Origin: an uncultured bacterium
GTDB lineage: Bacteria > Oederibacteriota > JAAXVQ01 > JAUVAV01
DNA length: 64,000 nt
Assembly: GCA_963710755.1 (NCBI GenBank)
Contig: CAVQBK010000001.1
Span: 304,277-368,276 of the forward strand
Direction of reading: 5' to 3'
A model generated the notes under the pieces. The model was not told the origin of the DNA, searched no databases, and saw only the letters and a program-made list of their open reading frames with translations. Shown one piece after another: positions 1 through 9,500 of this stretch (positions are counted from its first letter, which is position 1; the number at the start of each line of letters is the position of its first letter). The translations under genes and the position numbers were made by a program.

Positions 1-1289
1 CGTTGTTTACAAAAGGGGCAAAATCCCTTGTGGCGGTTATCAAAAGTAACGGGCCGGCCACAATGGGGGCAGCAGGAATGATCTTCCACCACTACACACT
101 CATAATGATCGGTCGAGGTATCCAAAAGCTGCCAGAGCAGATAAATAATGCTCAGGGCAAAAGCCGTAATCACAATGGCACGCAACATGGCAAAAAGTAC
201 ATTGCCGACTTTGGATTCAGTTAAAAAGAACTGCATTTCCGGGAAATGGTTGCCCAACAACCCCACCGTAGTGATCAACCCCACGACCACCGCCACGGTG
301 ATCACGCCCCGGTCCACCCAAAGGTTAAATTGGCGATAAAGCAGTACAAAAGTCAGTACCACACCTAAATAATAAAGAATAATTTCCCAATAAAACAATT
401 GACTGCGGATGTAATATTTCCAAAAAGACCCGTCTTTTTCTTCTTGTTCCAGCAAATGATCTATCATCGGCTGATCAACCTTGGCCCCGGCCCGGCGAAG
501 GGTTCTGCTTACGCCATGATAATCGGCATTATCCTTTTCGTTAAATAATTCCTGAAGTGGATCCCGCAGGCGCAATTCCGACTTTTGATTGCGCCCTGCC
601 AAGGCAAAACGCAAAGCGGTTCGGCCCTCACGATCGGCCGCTTCCACTTGGGCGCCTGCTGCAATCAGCCCTTCGGTCATAATCAACGACCCTTTTTGAG
701 CAGCAACCATTAAAGGCGTCATGAAGCTTTTATTCCGTACATTAACATTTATATTATAGACTAACAGAACACTCACGGCTTGGGTCAAGGGGCGCTCCAC
801 CGCTTCGATCAAAAGCTTATCCAATTTGGGGTAATCACTTTGTAAGGGAACCGCCCCACTGGCTATCAAAGTTAGCGCTGTATCAATATCATTCCAAGCC
901 AAGGCAAAATGCATTAGATCACCGCCGCGCCTAGGTCTGTATTGCAAACCCTTGCCCGCTTTAATCAAATAATAAGCCTGTTCGTATTGCCCTTTTTTCA
1001 CAGCATAGTCCAAGGCTTCAAGGCCTTCATGGTCTTTTTGTTGGACATTTATACCCATTGCAATGAGTTTTTTTAAGACTGTAGGATAATTGTATTGAGC
1101 GCAAAACATGAGCAACGTGCGGCCTTGCGAATCGGTTTGATGGATGTCCCCGCCATGTTCAAGATGGCGGAGGACTTTTTCCCACTGATTGTTAATAGCA
1201 AGTTGCCATTCCGGACCAGGCTTGGCGTGTAAAAGAAGAGGGAAAAAAAATACGGTTGAAATTAAAATTATTCCGAATCGTTTTTTCAT
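1..1289 (-). CDS. Ankyrin-repeat membrane protein with signal peptide, about 3 TM helices and C-terminal zinc ribbon (3' end runs off the window; absent from the ORF track)
   Basis: Manual translation from ATG 1289: MKKRFGIILISTVFFFPLLLHA. Ankyrin motifs DSQGRTLLMFCA, SFMTPLMVAAQKG, DREGRTALRFA; hydrophobic helices; then CPHCG...CPFCK. Confidence 0.85.
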   Translation of the reverse strand, partial: MKKRFGIILISTVFFFPLLLHAKPGPEWQLAINNQWEKVLRHLEHGGDIHQTDSQGRTLLMFCAQYNYPTVLKKLIAMGINVQQKDHEGLEALDYAVKKGQYEQAYYLIKAGKGLQYRPRRGGDLMHFALAWNDIDTALTLIASGAVPLQSDYPKLDKLLIEAVERPLTQAVSVLLVYNINVNVRNKSFMTPLMVAAQKGSLIMTEGLIAAGAQVEAADREGRTALRFALAGRNQKSELRLRDPLQELFNEKDNADYHGVSRTLRRAGAKVDQPMIDHLLEQEEKDGSFWKYYIRSQLFYWEIILYYLGVVLTFVLLYRQFNLWVDRGVITVAVVVGLITTVGLLGNHFPEMQFFLTESKVGNVLFAMLRAIVITAFALSIIYLLWQLLDTSTDHYECVVVEDHSCCPHCGRPVTFDNRHKGFCPFCKQ

Positions 1290-1471
1290 GCTCTGCCTTC
1301 ATTCAAGATATTTATCAAAGTATATCACAAAGCCGAATAAGGGATCATCAAATTCCCTTCGGCCAGCCGCGGGTCTGCTCTACAAATCCGATAGAATTTG
1401 ATAAGAAAAGAATCCATCAACATTTTCCCGTTTCACTTTTCAAGGGAACTGCCCCCGGGGATGAAAGGATT

Positions 1472-2614
1472 CTATTTTTGCACATGGTCTACCACCCGGT
1501 CCATGCGCATGGTCAGCAGCCAGTGTTGAAAACCCGCGTGATTCAGGGGATTATCGACAAACCCGAACAAATGACTTTCGCAGCAGCAATCGGATGATCC
1601 AAAACGTTTAATCTGCCATTGGCTCATAGCCTTCACACCCTCAGCCAAGAAACATTCCAAGTCGTCACTGCTGCGTATGGCCAGTGCATCGACCACCTCC
1701 ACCTTGGCGCGAAAATAATCGATATGCCAATGGAAACGTTTGCGCAAGCGTTTGTGCCGTTCTACTCTGCTGGTGAGATTGACGCGGGCCGACCCCACAT
1801 AAATATAATACCCCGGCGGGAAATCGATTTTGCCCAGTGCGCTGATCTCAATTTGCTGGTGGTGTTTGTTTTTTAAAATCAGCAGATAGGCACCTTTGTC
1901 CTGAGCTTCCTTTCCTATTACGCCCCAAGGAATAATGATGTGTTTAGGGACTAAATCAAAGGTCAAGTCTTGTTGCCATTTAACTGCAACTGCTTTGGTT
2001 TCAATTCTATCTTTTACTTTTATCAAGGTCTGCGCAAAGGCCAGATCCGTATGGTAATCAGGCAGGAAAAAATCAGGCTGAGGATGATGGATGATAAAAA
2101 GAACACCGCCTTGGTTGTGGCGGTCATGCAAATCTGCCAAGGCCAGGAGATGCTGCTTGCCCCTGGTGGTAATGGCATCAGGAAACATGGCTACCTTGCC
2201 GCTTACCAGCGTGCAGGATTTAACTTCCAAATAATAATGCTTTGCCCCTTGGTCCAGCAAAAAATCAAACCGATGATGTCCCAGAGCGGCTTCCCTTTTG
2301 ATTATAGTCGCATCTTCCAAACCCGGTATTTTTTTATGGTTTAACAGCCATTGCGCCACATCATTGGTTCTGTGGGTATGGAGCATTACCGGCACGTTCT
2401 CTTTTTCAACCGCCACCAGCACATAAGGTTGCTTGGCTTCCGGTTTGCTGGACGGCTGCAGGTATACCACTGCTCCTGGTAAAAACAACTCTTTAAGACG
2501 TCCGGGATTGGGCATATAGGCTGCTACTATTTTTCTGTTTAATTGACACTCTACAATAAAACGGTTTGGTCTTCGGTAATAGACTGCTTTGATGAGGTGA
2601 TGGAATAGTTGCAT
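1472..2614 (-). CDS. sfsA: DNA/RNA nuclease SfsA fused to a C-terminal DUF123/GIY-YIG nuclease domain
   Basis: SfsA motifs RPNRF, MPNPGRLKEL, RFDFLL, EVKSCTL, FPDAITTRGKQHL; C-terminal GYYIYVGSA, HWHIDY, FGSSDC..SHLF typical of DUF123. Confidence 0.92.
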   Translation of the reverse strand: MQLFHHLIKAVYYRRPNRFIVECQLNRKIVAAYMPNPGRLKELFLPGAVVYLQPSSKPEAKQPYVLVAVEKENVPVMLHTHRTNDVAQWLLNHKKIPGLEDATIIKREAALGHHRFDFLLDQGAKHYYLEVKSCTLVSGKVAMFPDAITTRGKQHLLALADLHDRHNQGGVLFIIHHPQPDFFLPDYHTDLAFAQTLIKVKDRIETKAVAVKWQQDLTFDLVPKHIIIPWGVIGKEAQDKGAYLLILKNKHHQQIEISALGKIDFPPGYYIYVGSARVNLTSRVERHKRLRKRFHWHIDYFRAKVEVVDALAIRSSDDLECFLAEGVKAMSQWQIKRFGSSDCCCESHLFGFVDNPLNHAGFQHWLLTMRMDRVVDHVQK

Positions 2615-2750
2615 GGCTCTGCCTTCGGCGGAATGGATAATAAACCGGTTGAATCAGATTATTTTTTCATTGTATTTAATAATATTAGAGTGTTTATTTA
2701 AAGTCATTTATCTTGTTTGCGATTATGTTAAATCTCGATCCCAATCCCCC

Positions 2751-5700
2751 CTAAGCCGCACTTTGCAAGGACAGCTTGACCGGTTTGGGCTTGGCTGGCT
2801 GGTGGTCTGGGATTACACTTGGTGGCAAGTTTAGGAACCGGCGCAATGCGTTGTACCTGGCTAACCATGATATCCTGCCCAAATTGGAACCAGTCGTGCT
2901 CAAGCGAGACCAGGTTCGGAATAATACCTCAAAAGTGTCGGTCGACATCAACAGGCGCTCTCTTACTTTGGGCGAGGCGTTGCCGGAAGCTAACAGTGCG
3001 GCTTTTTGTTCTTCCAAGGTTTCCAGAAGCAGCAGCAACAAACGACTGCTTCCCTGTGCCGGGTTTTGGACAAAATTACAATATGCTTTACGCGCTTGCG
3101 ACCCCGCTTCGTTCATAGTCTTGGCTAATTCAGAATCTGACACCCCATGCAACTTCGCAACCAAATAAGCCATTGGCCGGCGCTTCATCATCTGAGTCCT
3201 CCATATTGTAGCCAAGGTCTGAGGCAACAAGTTACTCATGGCCAACTGAATACGAATCCAGACCTTTTGTGCTAGCGCCGCTGTCTCCAGCCTCGAATCC
3301 GAACCGCTCTGCACTATTACAATCGGTTCAAAAGCATGTTTGAAAGCCTCTCTGGCTTGGCGCCGTACGACCAGCTCAAAGAGGGTTTTATTTAATGCTG
3401 ACGGCCTTTTTCCAGGCCACAAACGGAGAGGCACCCCAATGATAAGACGGCCATTACCATCAAATCTGTAGCTTCCCCAGGGCCTGTTGCTGGGGGTAGG
3501 TAATGGTTCCACATGCACTTGACCGCTCTTAAATTTCAAAGCAGACCAATCATCACTTAAAATCAGCGAGGCTTTTTCAAGATCGTTTATAGCTGCAGTA
3601 CCCTGCCGGTTTTCCAAAGGCAGAATCATATAAAGACCCACCAGCTGCCATCCGGTCCATAAGAGCGGTCTCGTAATCACCCGCAGCACTTCCCAGACAC
3701 CACTACCGTCTTCCATCCGGTTCAGCCACTTCACCAACCATGGCCCAGATCCTGTGAGTGATTGACCGCTAAGATCCTTAATACTTTTGTCCTGCTCCAT
3801 TTTTTGGGATAAGCGACGCTCTTGGGGCTTCCAAGTCCGGCTTGCGGCGCGCTCCACACGAATAGCCATCAGTTCTTCCGTCAGCTCATCCCACCATGAT
3901 TTTAATCCTGTCCACCATGGCGGCTGCATGGCGATCACGGTCACCTTGTTCCTCTCTTCCATCCTGCTGAGATGATAAAATTCATGAGCTAATAGGGATA
4001 TCCTTTGACCTTGCGATAAATTGGTAAAATGACGCGGCAGGCTCAAACTTAAGGCGCCGTTTTGTTGCACCACATGGGCCAGACTGCCGCCCCAAAGGAC
4101 TAACTTCCACCAGGATAAATTGGTGGTTTTTAATGCCACCTGGCTAAGGATAGAGGGATAAAGATCACTTTCTCCATTGATCCATTGATTCCAGGCCGGC
4201 CATCCCGGAATAGTAAGTCCAGCTTGCTTCATGTCCCTTAAATCAGCATAAAAATCATCCCGACCATAGGGGGTAATACCTTGCTTAAACAAAGTCACAA
4301 GCAGAGGTAAGCGCATCAGGAAATAACCGACAGGCACCACGGAAACCAAAGTTCCCAGCCCCCGGCCCGTGTCTATCCCGGAAAGGAGCAAAATCGCGTC
4401 TATCAAGATGCCCATTGACGCCACAGCGCCAATCATGGACATGCGCCGTTTACTTTTCTTTTTCGAAGACTTGGCTTGCTTTGCAGAAGACCTGACCTTT
4501 TCTTTTCCTTCATCCCAAATAACGGTATAGGGCATGGTCGGCAAGAGATCCTCTAATTCTTTTTCCTTTTCCTCTTGGAATAATACTTCCACGCCGGGAT
4601 ATTTTCCCCTCAGGTCCTGGCGGTCGGCAAATAGATGATGTACCACTGCACCAAGCGCCGGAACTTTGTTTAAATTGGAATTTATATAAATAATAGTTTT
4701 TGGGAAAGTTGGGATGCTGTTGAAAAACTTTTCCATTTTTTTCATGAGATTCCTGACCGCTGAATCGCTTCCAAAAACGATGATGTTCATGCACCGGTAA
4801 ATATCATCAACCACGATATTGTCTTCATTCAAACCATCTTTAAGTGATGCAAAACTTCCGGCAATGGCAACTAAGTCCACTCCCTTTTTCAGGGTTGATC
4901 TATTTCTGCTGATAAATGTCCTTATCCTTCCCAAAAGAACGTCTCTATCAAGAGCTTTCGCGGCAGGATAAAGCTGGTTTATGTCACTTACCACTAACTC
5001 CTCAACAGCCACATCCTGCTCAACCAGCTCTGCAAGCAACATCATTATTTTATTAATCAATTCTCCTGCAGTCTCCTTTGATTCTCCTGTCCCCCCCTTT
5101 ATTTCATACTGGCCAAAAACAAGCCGGGGCAATTGCTTAAGGACGTCTTTTTGCTCCGTAAGTCTTTTATAAAACAGATTGGAATCATCCGTTCCTCCAG
5201 TAACCAGCATCCCAATAGTATCTTTTTCCAAATTCGGCAAATCAATTTTACTAATTGGACCCTTGGCCATATCAGCCTTTCCGTAATTACCAATAAGATT
5301 AACGGCAATCGGAAGTCCCTCAGCAGCATTGGCCACTAGGTTATGTAAGAGGTGCATCATGGCTTTAAAACGTTTATAATCCTTTATTTTTTGTTGGTCC
5401 GGCCCGGGTGCGGGCATTTCCGATTTTTTCACGACCCGAATGGTAACGTCCGTTTTTTTCGGTTGCGTTTCTTCTAATGCTGGCTTAGTCCGTTTTTCCG
5501 ACATTTCCAGATGTCTTATGGTCACCTCTTGCTGTTCTTCAATAAAATCAATAATGTTCTGTCCCAGGTCGCCGAGAGGTTCAAATTGATCTTTGTACCG
5601 GGTTATATCTTCGTCATTGGCCACGGCCCGGTCCACGGTGGATTTTACTTTCACCTTAATATCAGCCTTGATGGAGCTTTGGAAATCTTCGAAATCCCAT

Positions 5701-6506
5701 TTTTCCCAAAGTTGGGCCATGGCCGGCCAATCAGGCATAGGCTTTTGCAATTCTTCCTCGACCAAAGCTACCAACCGGTTTTGGATGCTTTTCAAAACCA
5801 GTAAAAATTTAATAGTCGTTCCCCTTTGGTCCGACCCTACCAAGCCCTGCTGCTGCAGTTTATCAGCCGCTACCTTCAAATGATGAGGATGGTGATTAAG
5901 AATAATCAGCGCTATTTCCAAGGCACCCCCAATGGCCGGCAATTCGGCTATGGTTTCTGATAAAGATTTGGCTTGTGATAACTCATTGTAATGCTGAACA
6001 AGATCACCAAGCGGCAGTTGTTGAACAGACGGCTTTGAAGAAAGGGGTTGATCGGCCAGGGATAATCCATGGTCCCGAATAAAAGCTTCACCTTGATCCC
6101 CAGTCAACAGGTGATCGTCCTTATAAACCGAAGGCAACTGCTGGTCAAAAAAGTTCTGCATTCTAGATGTATCATTTTTTGATAAAAAATCGCCCAGAAT
6201 AACTTCTTTGGCATCAGCGCTGTAGGCTAAATATAAGCGGTAAGGGCCAACGCGGTAATGTAAATGTTGGTAAGTATGGTGACCGACCTTATAAAAAGCA
6301 CCAGTAGTTCCGCTGGGCATTATTCCCAGCTGGTCATATTCAGCAATCCGAAGAATAATCTTTTGTATTCTTTTCCATTGCTCGTCAGTAATATTTTTAG
6401 TGCTGCTTACAAAATTGGAAGTTACCGACTGCTTTAAACCGGTGGTTCCTGTTACGCTTGTCATGGCATCCTTATCAAGCATGCCGGCGAAGAAGCCTAT
6501 GCCCAT
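2751..6506 (-). CDS. Giant protein C-terminal fragment: RelE/ParE-like domain, helical and alpha/beta regions, TM pair, HExxH zincin-like domain, LQSAA end
   Basis: HYRVGPYRLYLAYS...VILGDF resembles RelE YRLRVGDYRVIY; ISLLAHEFYHL followed by EELMA. Confidence 0.7.
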   Translation of the reverse strand: MGIGFFAGMLDKDAMTSVTGTTGLKQSVTSNFVSSTKNITDEQWKRIQKIILRIAEYDQLGIMPSGTTGAFYKVGHHTYQHLHYRVGPYRLYLAYSADAKEVILGDFLSKNDTSRMQNFFDQQLPSVYKDDHLLTGDQGEAFIRDHGLSLADQPLSSKPSVQQLPLGDLVQHYNELSQAKSLSETIAELPAIGGALEIALIILNHHPHHLKVAADKLQQQGLVGSDQRGTTIKFLLVLKSIQNRLVALVEEELQKPMPDWPAMAQLWEKWDFEDFQSSIKADIKVKVKSTVDRAVANDEDITRYKDQFEPLGDLGQNIIDFIEEQQEVTIRHLEMSEKRTKPALEETQPKKTDVTIRVVKKSEMPAPGPDQQKIKDYKRFKAMMHLLHNLVANAAEGLPIAVNLIGNYGKADMAKGPISKIDLPNLEKDTIGMLVTGGTDDSNLFYKRLTEQKDVLKQLPRLVFGQYEIKGGTGESKETAGELINKIMMLLAELVEQDVAVEELVVSDINQLYPAAKALDRDVLLGRIRTFISRNRSTLKKGVDLVAIAGSFASLKDGLNEDNIVVDDIYRCMNIIVFGSDSAVRNLMKKMEKFFNSIPTFPKTIIYINSNLNKVPALGAVVHHLFADRQDLRGKYPGVEVLFQEEKEKELEDLLPTMPYTVIWDEGKEKVRSSAKQAKSSKKKSKRRMSMIGAVASMGILIDAILLLSGIDTGRGLGTLVSVVPVGYFLMRLPLLVTLFKQGITPYGRDDFYADLRDMKQAGLTIPGWPAWNQWINGESDLYPSILSQVALKTTNLSWWKLVLWGGSLAHVVQQNGALSLSLPRHFTNLSQGQRISLLAHEFYHLSRMEERNKVTVIAMQPPWWTGLKSWWDELTEELMAIRVERAASRTWKPQERRLSQKMEQDKSIKDLSGQSLTGSGPWLVKWLNRMEDGSGVWEVLRVITRPLLWTGWQLVGLYMILPLENRQGTAAINDLEKASLILSDDWSALKFKSGQVHVEPLPTPSNRPWGSYRFDGNGRLIIGVPLRLWPGKRPSALNKTLFELVVRRQAREAFKHAFEPIVIVQSGSDSRLETAALAQKVWIRIQLAMSNLLPQTLATIWRTQMMKRRPMAYLVAKLHGVSDSELAKTMNEAGSQARKAYCNFVQNPAQGSSRLLLLLLETLEEQKAALLASGNASPKVRERLLMSTDTFEVLFRTWSRLSTTGSNLGRISWLARYNALRRFLNLPPSVIPDHQPAKPKPVKLSLQSAA

Positions 6507-9500
6507 AACGGTATTGATCAGCTCGGTTAAATGGTGCGGATGCTGTCCCGAGCCCGGCGGCCAAGGCGGTTTCCGGCTGAAAGATAAGTTTAAGAATCAC
6601 CCCGCGATGAAAGCCCGGCCCCCAAGATCCATGTCCAAAGAGGCTGTATGCCTTCTTCCATCATAAGTGGGGAAAGCAGTTCCTTCAATTGCCAACTCAA
6701 AGCCTCACGATCCATTTTTAAACCATATTTCTTTGATAAGAGTACAATGAATCGGGAACATTCCTTTCTGTCCAACACATCTAATAATGCCATGATAAGC
6801 CTTCACCAACTCATCCAGGCGAATGCACGCCCGGTCTAATCATCTCATCATGAAACATATACGACTCGGCCTCCTCTTCTCCCAAGAACAGCGTTAAAAA
6901 GGAGCGCCGCAAGTTTGGTTGCAATGTTTCCAAAGACATCCTTACCGGGGCAATCAAGGGGCAATTGCTCAAATCGATCAAAATAGCTCTTAACGGTGTC
7001 TTCCAAATCCGCAATGGAGGTTTTATTCACCAAGGATTGCAGTATACGGCTTATGTCCTCAATAGTTTCTAATTTCTGATAATTTAATAGTTCCACTACC
7101 ATCTTCAGATCAACATTTTGATCAAGCATACTTTGAAGAATGTTATCGCGATTTTTCCCAGGAATATTTTTGGTTGCTGCATATGGCGGCGATCAGCCAG
7201 TTTATGTCTCTTCTGGTTTTGGTCAAAGATTTTACAAGTGATTCATTTTTTATCTTCACAGGTTCAAGCAACTTTAAAATCTCTTCCAATTCATCAGTGG
7301 GATAGGTGCTTTTAAGGAAAGCTTGCATGATTGCATCATTGGAGATCTGGTCATGATGTTTACGGTAGAATTTATAATTTGTATTGGCACCCCGATCGCC
7401 TTTAACAAAAGTTTTAACCATGGCCGGGGTCAAGTTATTACTTTCAGGATCTTGTATTAGACGGATTAATAGGCTTATTCCTCTCGCCAGCTCAGGCAAA
7501 CTAAGCTGTTCTTTGACCTCTTGAGGCCAATTTCTCAGCCACACCGGCGGTTCCGATAAGGTGATGGCTTGCATGATGGTTCTGCTGACCACACGTTCTA
7601 CATCATTGGTGCGGGTAATTATTCCGCTGAACACCATCGCCAAGTCACTCCATGACAAAGCAACTCCAGGTATTTTCCCAGAGCGATCCAAATGATTTAA
7701 AGAAGCCCCAAGCCGCGTTAGGGCAAGCTTCACGGGCTGCTCTCCCACCAGGTTCGCCTTTGCCAACTCGGATACCACGGTACTCAGTCTGTCACGAAAA
7801 CGATTAACTTTGGCCAGCCTCTGGAATGATCTTAATCGCATACTTAACGCTCGACTGTTGGCTTTCAGCTTCCAGTCTATGCTTCATTTCCAGAAGATCT
7901 TGGTTCGATAAACTCGATCCCAATATCTGAGCCCGCTCATTAACCCCCGCCCAGTGCTTGGCCACCCACCTTACCACCTCTTTCAGACCTTCAATTTCCC
8001 GGCGACCACTGATGGTTTCCGCCACTGCCGTGGCCTGAATAACAATATCTTCCTTCTTAAGATTGTTAAAAACCGCAACATAGTCTTCTAATTCTGCTGC
8101 CGGCCGGTCACTGCGGAGCAAAGAGGCCACCGCCCGGCCATTAATCAACGATAAATGGTTGCCCTTGTTTAAAAAAGCCCAAAGGCCAAGATTTTCTTTG
8201 AATCGTCTGATGTAACTGTACCGATATTGCGGGTCAATCATATTCTTTATATCACTTTGATTAAAAAACAGGGGATGGTCGGGTTGGCTGATATGTTCAA
8301 GCAGCAAGGGAAACAGTGTTTCCCAATTGCGATGAACCAAGGGAATGGATTTAAGTTCTTCCATAAAAGCATGGCTCTGCAGCCAATGTTGATCATCCAG
8401 GGTCTTAATCATTGCACTTATATCAGAAGGCAAATTCAGTCCCTGCCAGGATACGCTACTTTCATTGTCGGATTTGGTAATGGTCAGCTGTTGCACTTCC
8501 TCCCTAGTCATTGAAAAAACCGTCATCAACAGGGTCTGACTGGAAGGTGTCAAAGCTTTAAACCATTTCAGCAATTCATCATAATCTTCCAAATTGTTTT
8601 CAGCAGTAGGCGGCTTGCCAAGCGTCATCGAAGGAGGTCCTCGCCGTCTGGTGAAAAAACGTCGAAGCTTTTCTTTAACATTCTGACTCATACCTAGCGC
8701 CAGCAGCCGCGAAAAATCATCAACGCTCCAATTCTCACCCAAGACTAATAGTTGCCGAATCTCTTTTAATCCAACCGAGCGTTTGATGATCCGTTCCACC
8801 AGTCCCGGTTGGTCTTTTATATGCAGTTGATAGACCAGGTCCAAAATAGCTTCCAAACGCCGGTCACTCCCGTTTTGCATAGCCACGCATTCGCCAATGT
8901 TGGTCGGGGGCATGTCCAAAGCCAGCAGACGTTCATACAAATCCAACAGCACCGGCAAAGGTCGTGGGTTCACAATGAGCAGACGCATAAGATTGTAGGA
9001 CGGGCTTTCCTTTTTATATGTTGTATCACTGACCAACTGCCGCAGTTCTGCCGCTGTCTTGGTGGTGTCCACTGCTGCTTCCAATATACTACGTTCTAGC
9101 GGCAGATTTTTCTCCTTGAGGTAGTGGTAAATAATTTCCAGATGATCGCGATGATTTAAAAACTTATGGATTCTGGTACCTTCGAAACTTTTTTCAACTT
9201 CCCCTGGCTCCCGCCACTGTTCTTTTTCATGATCTGCCCCGGTTGGTGCTAACGCCTGTATAATGATATGAATGAAGGCCGCGTCACTGCCGCGACGTAA
9301 GGTCTCTCTCTCTTCAGTGACATATTTGTAAAACTCAAATCGATTTTTTTGCACCGTCTGAACAGTTTGCTGTTTGATACGTGTTTTTGAATCGGTCCCT
9401 TGGATTTTCGCAATACTTTTGTCAAATCTTTCATTTTGATGTTGTTCCTTGTACAATATTTCTTTAAGTGATCTCAATCGTTCTTGCAGTTCCCTTTTCA

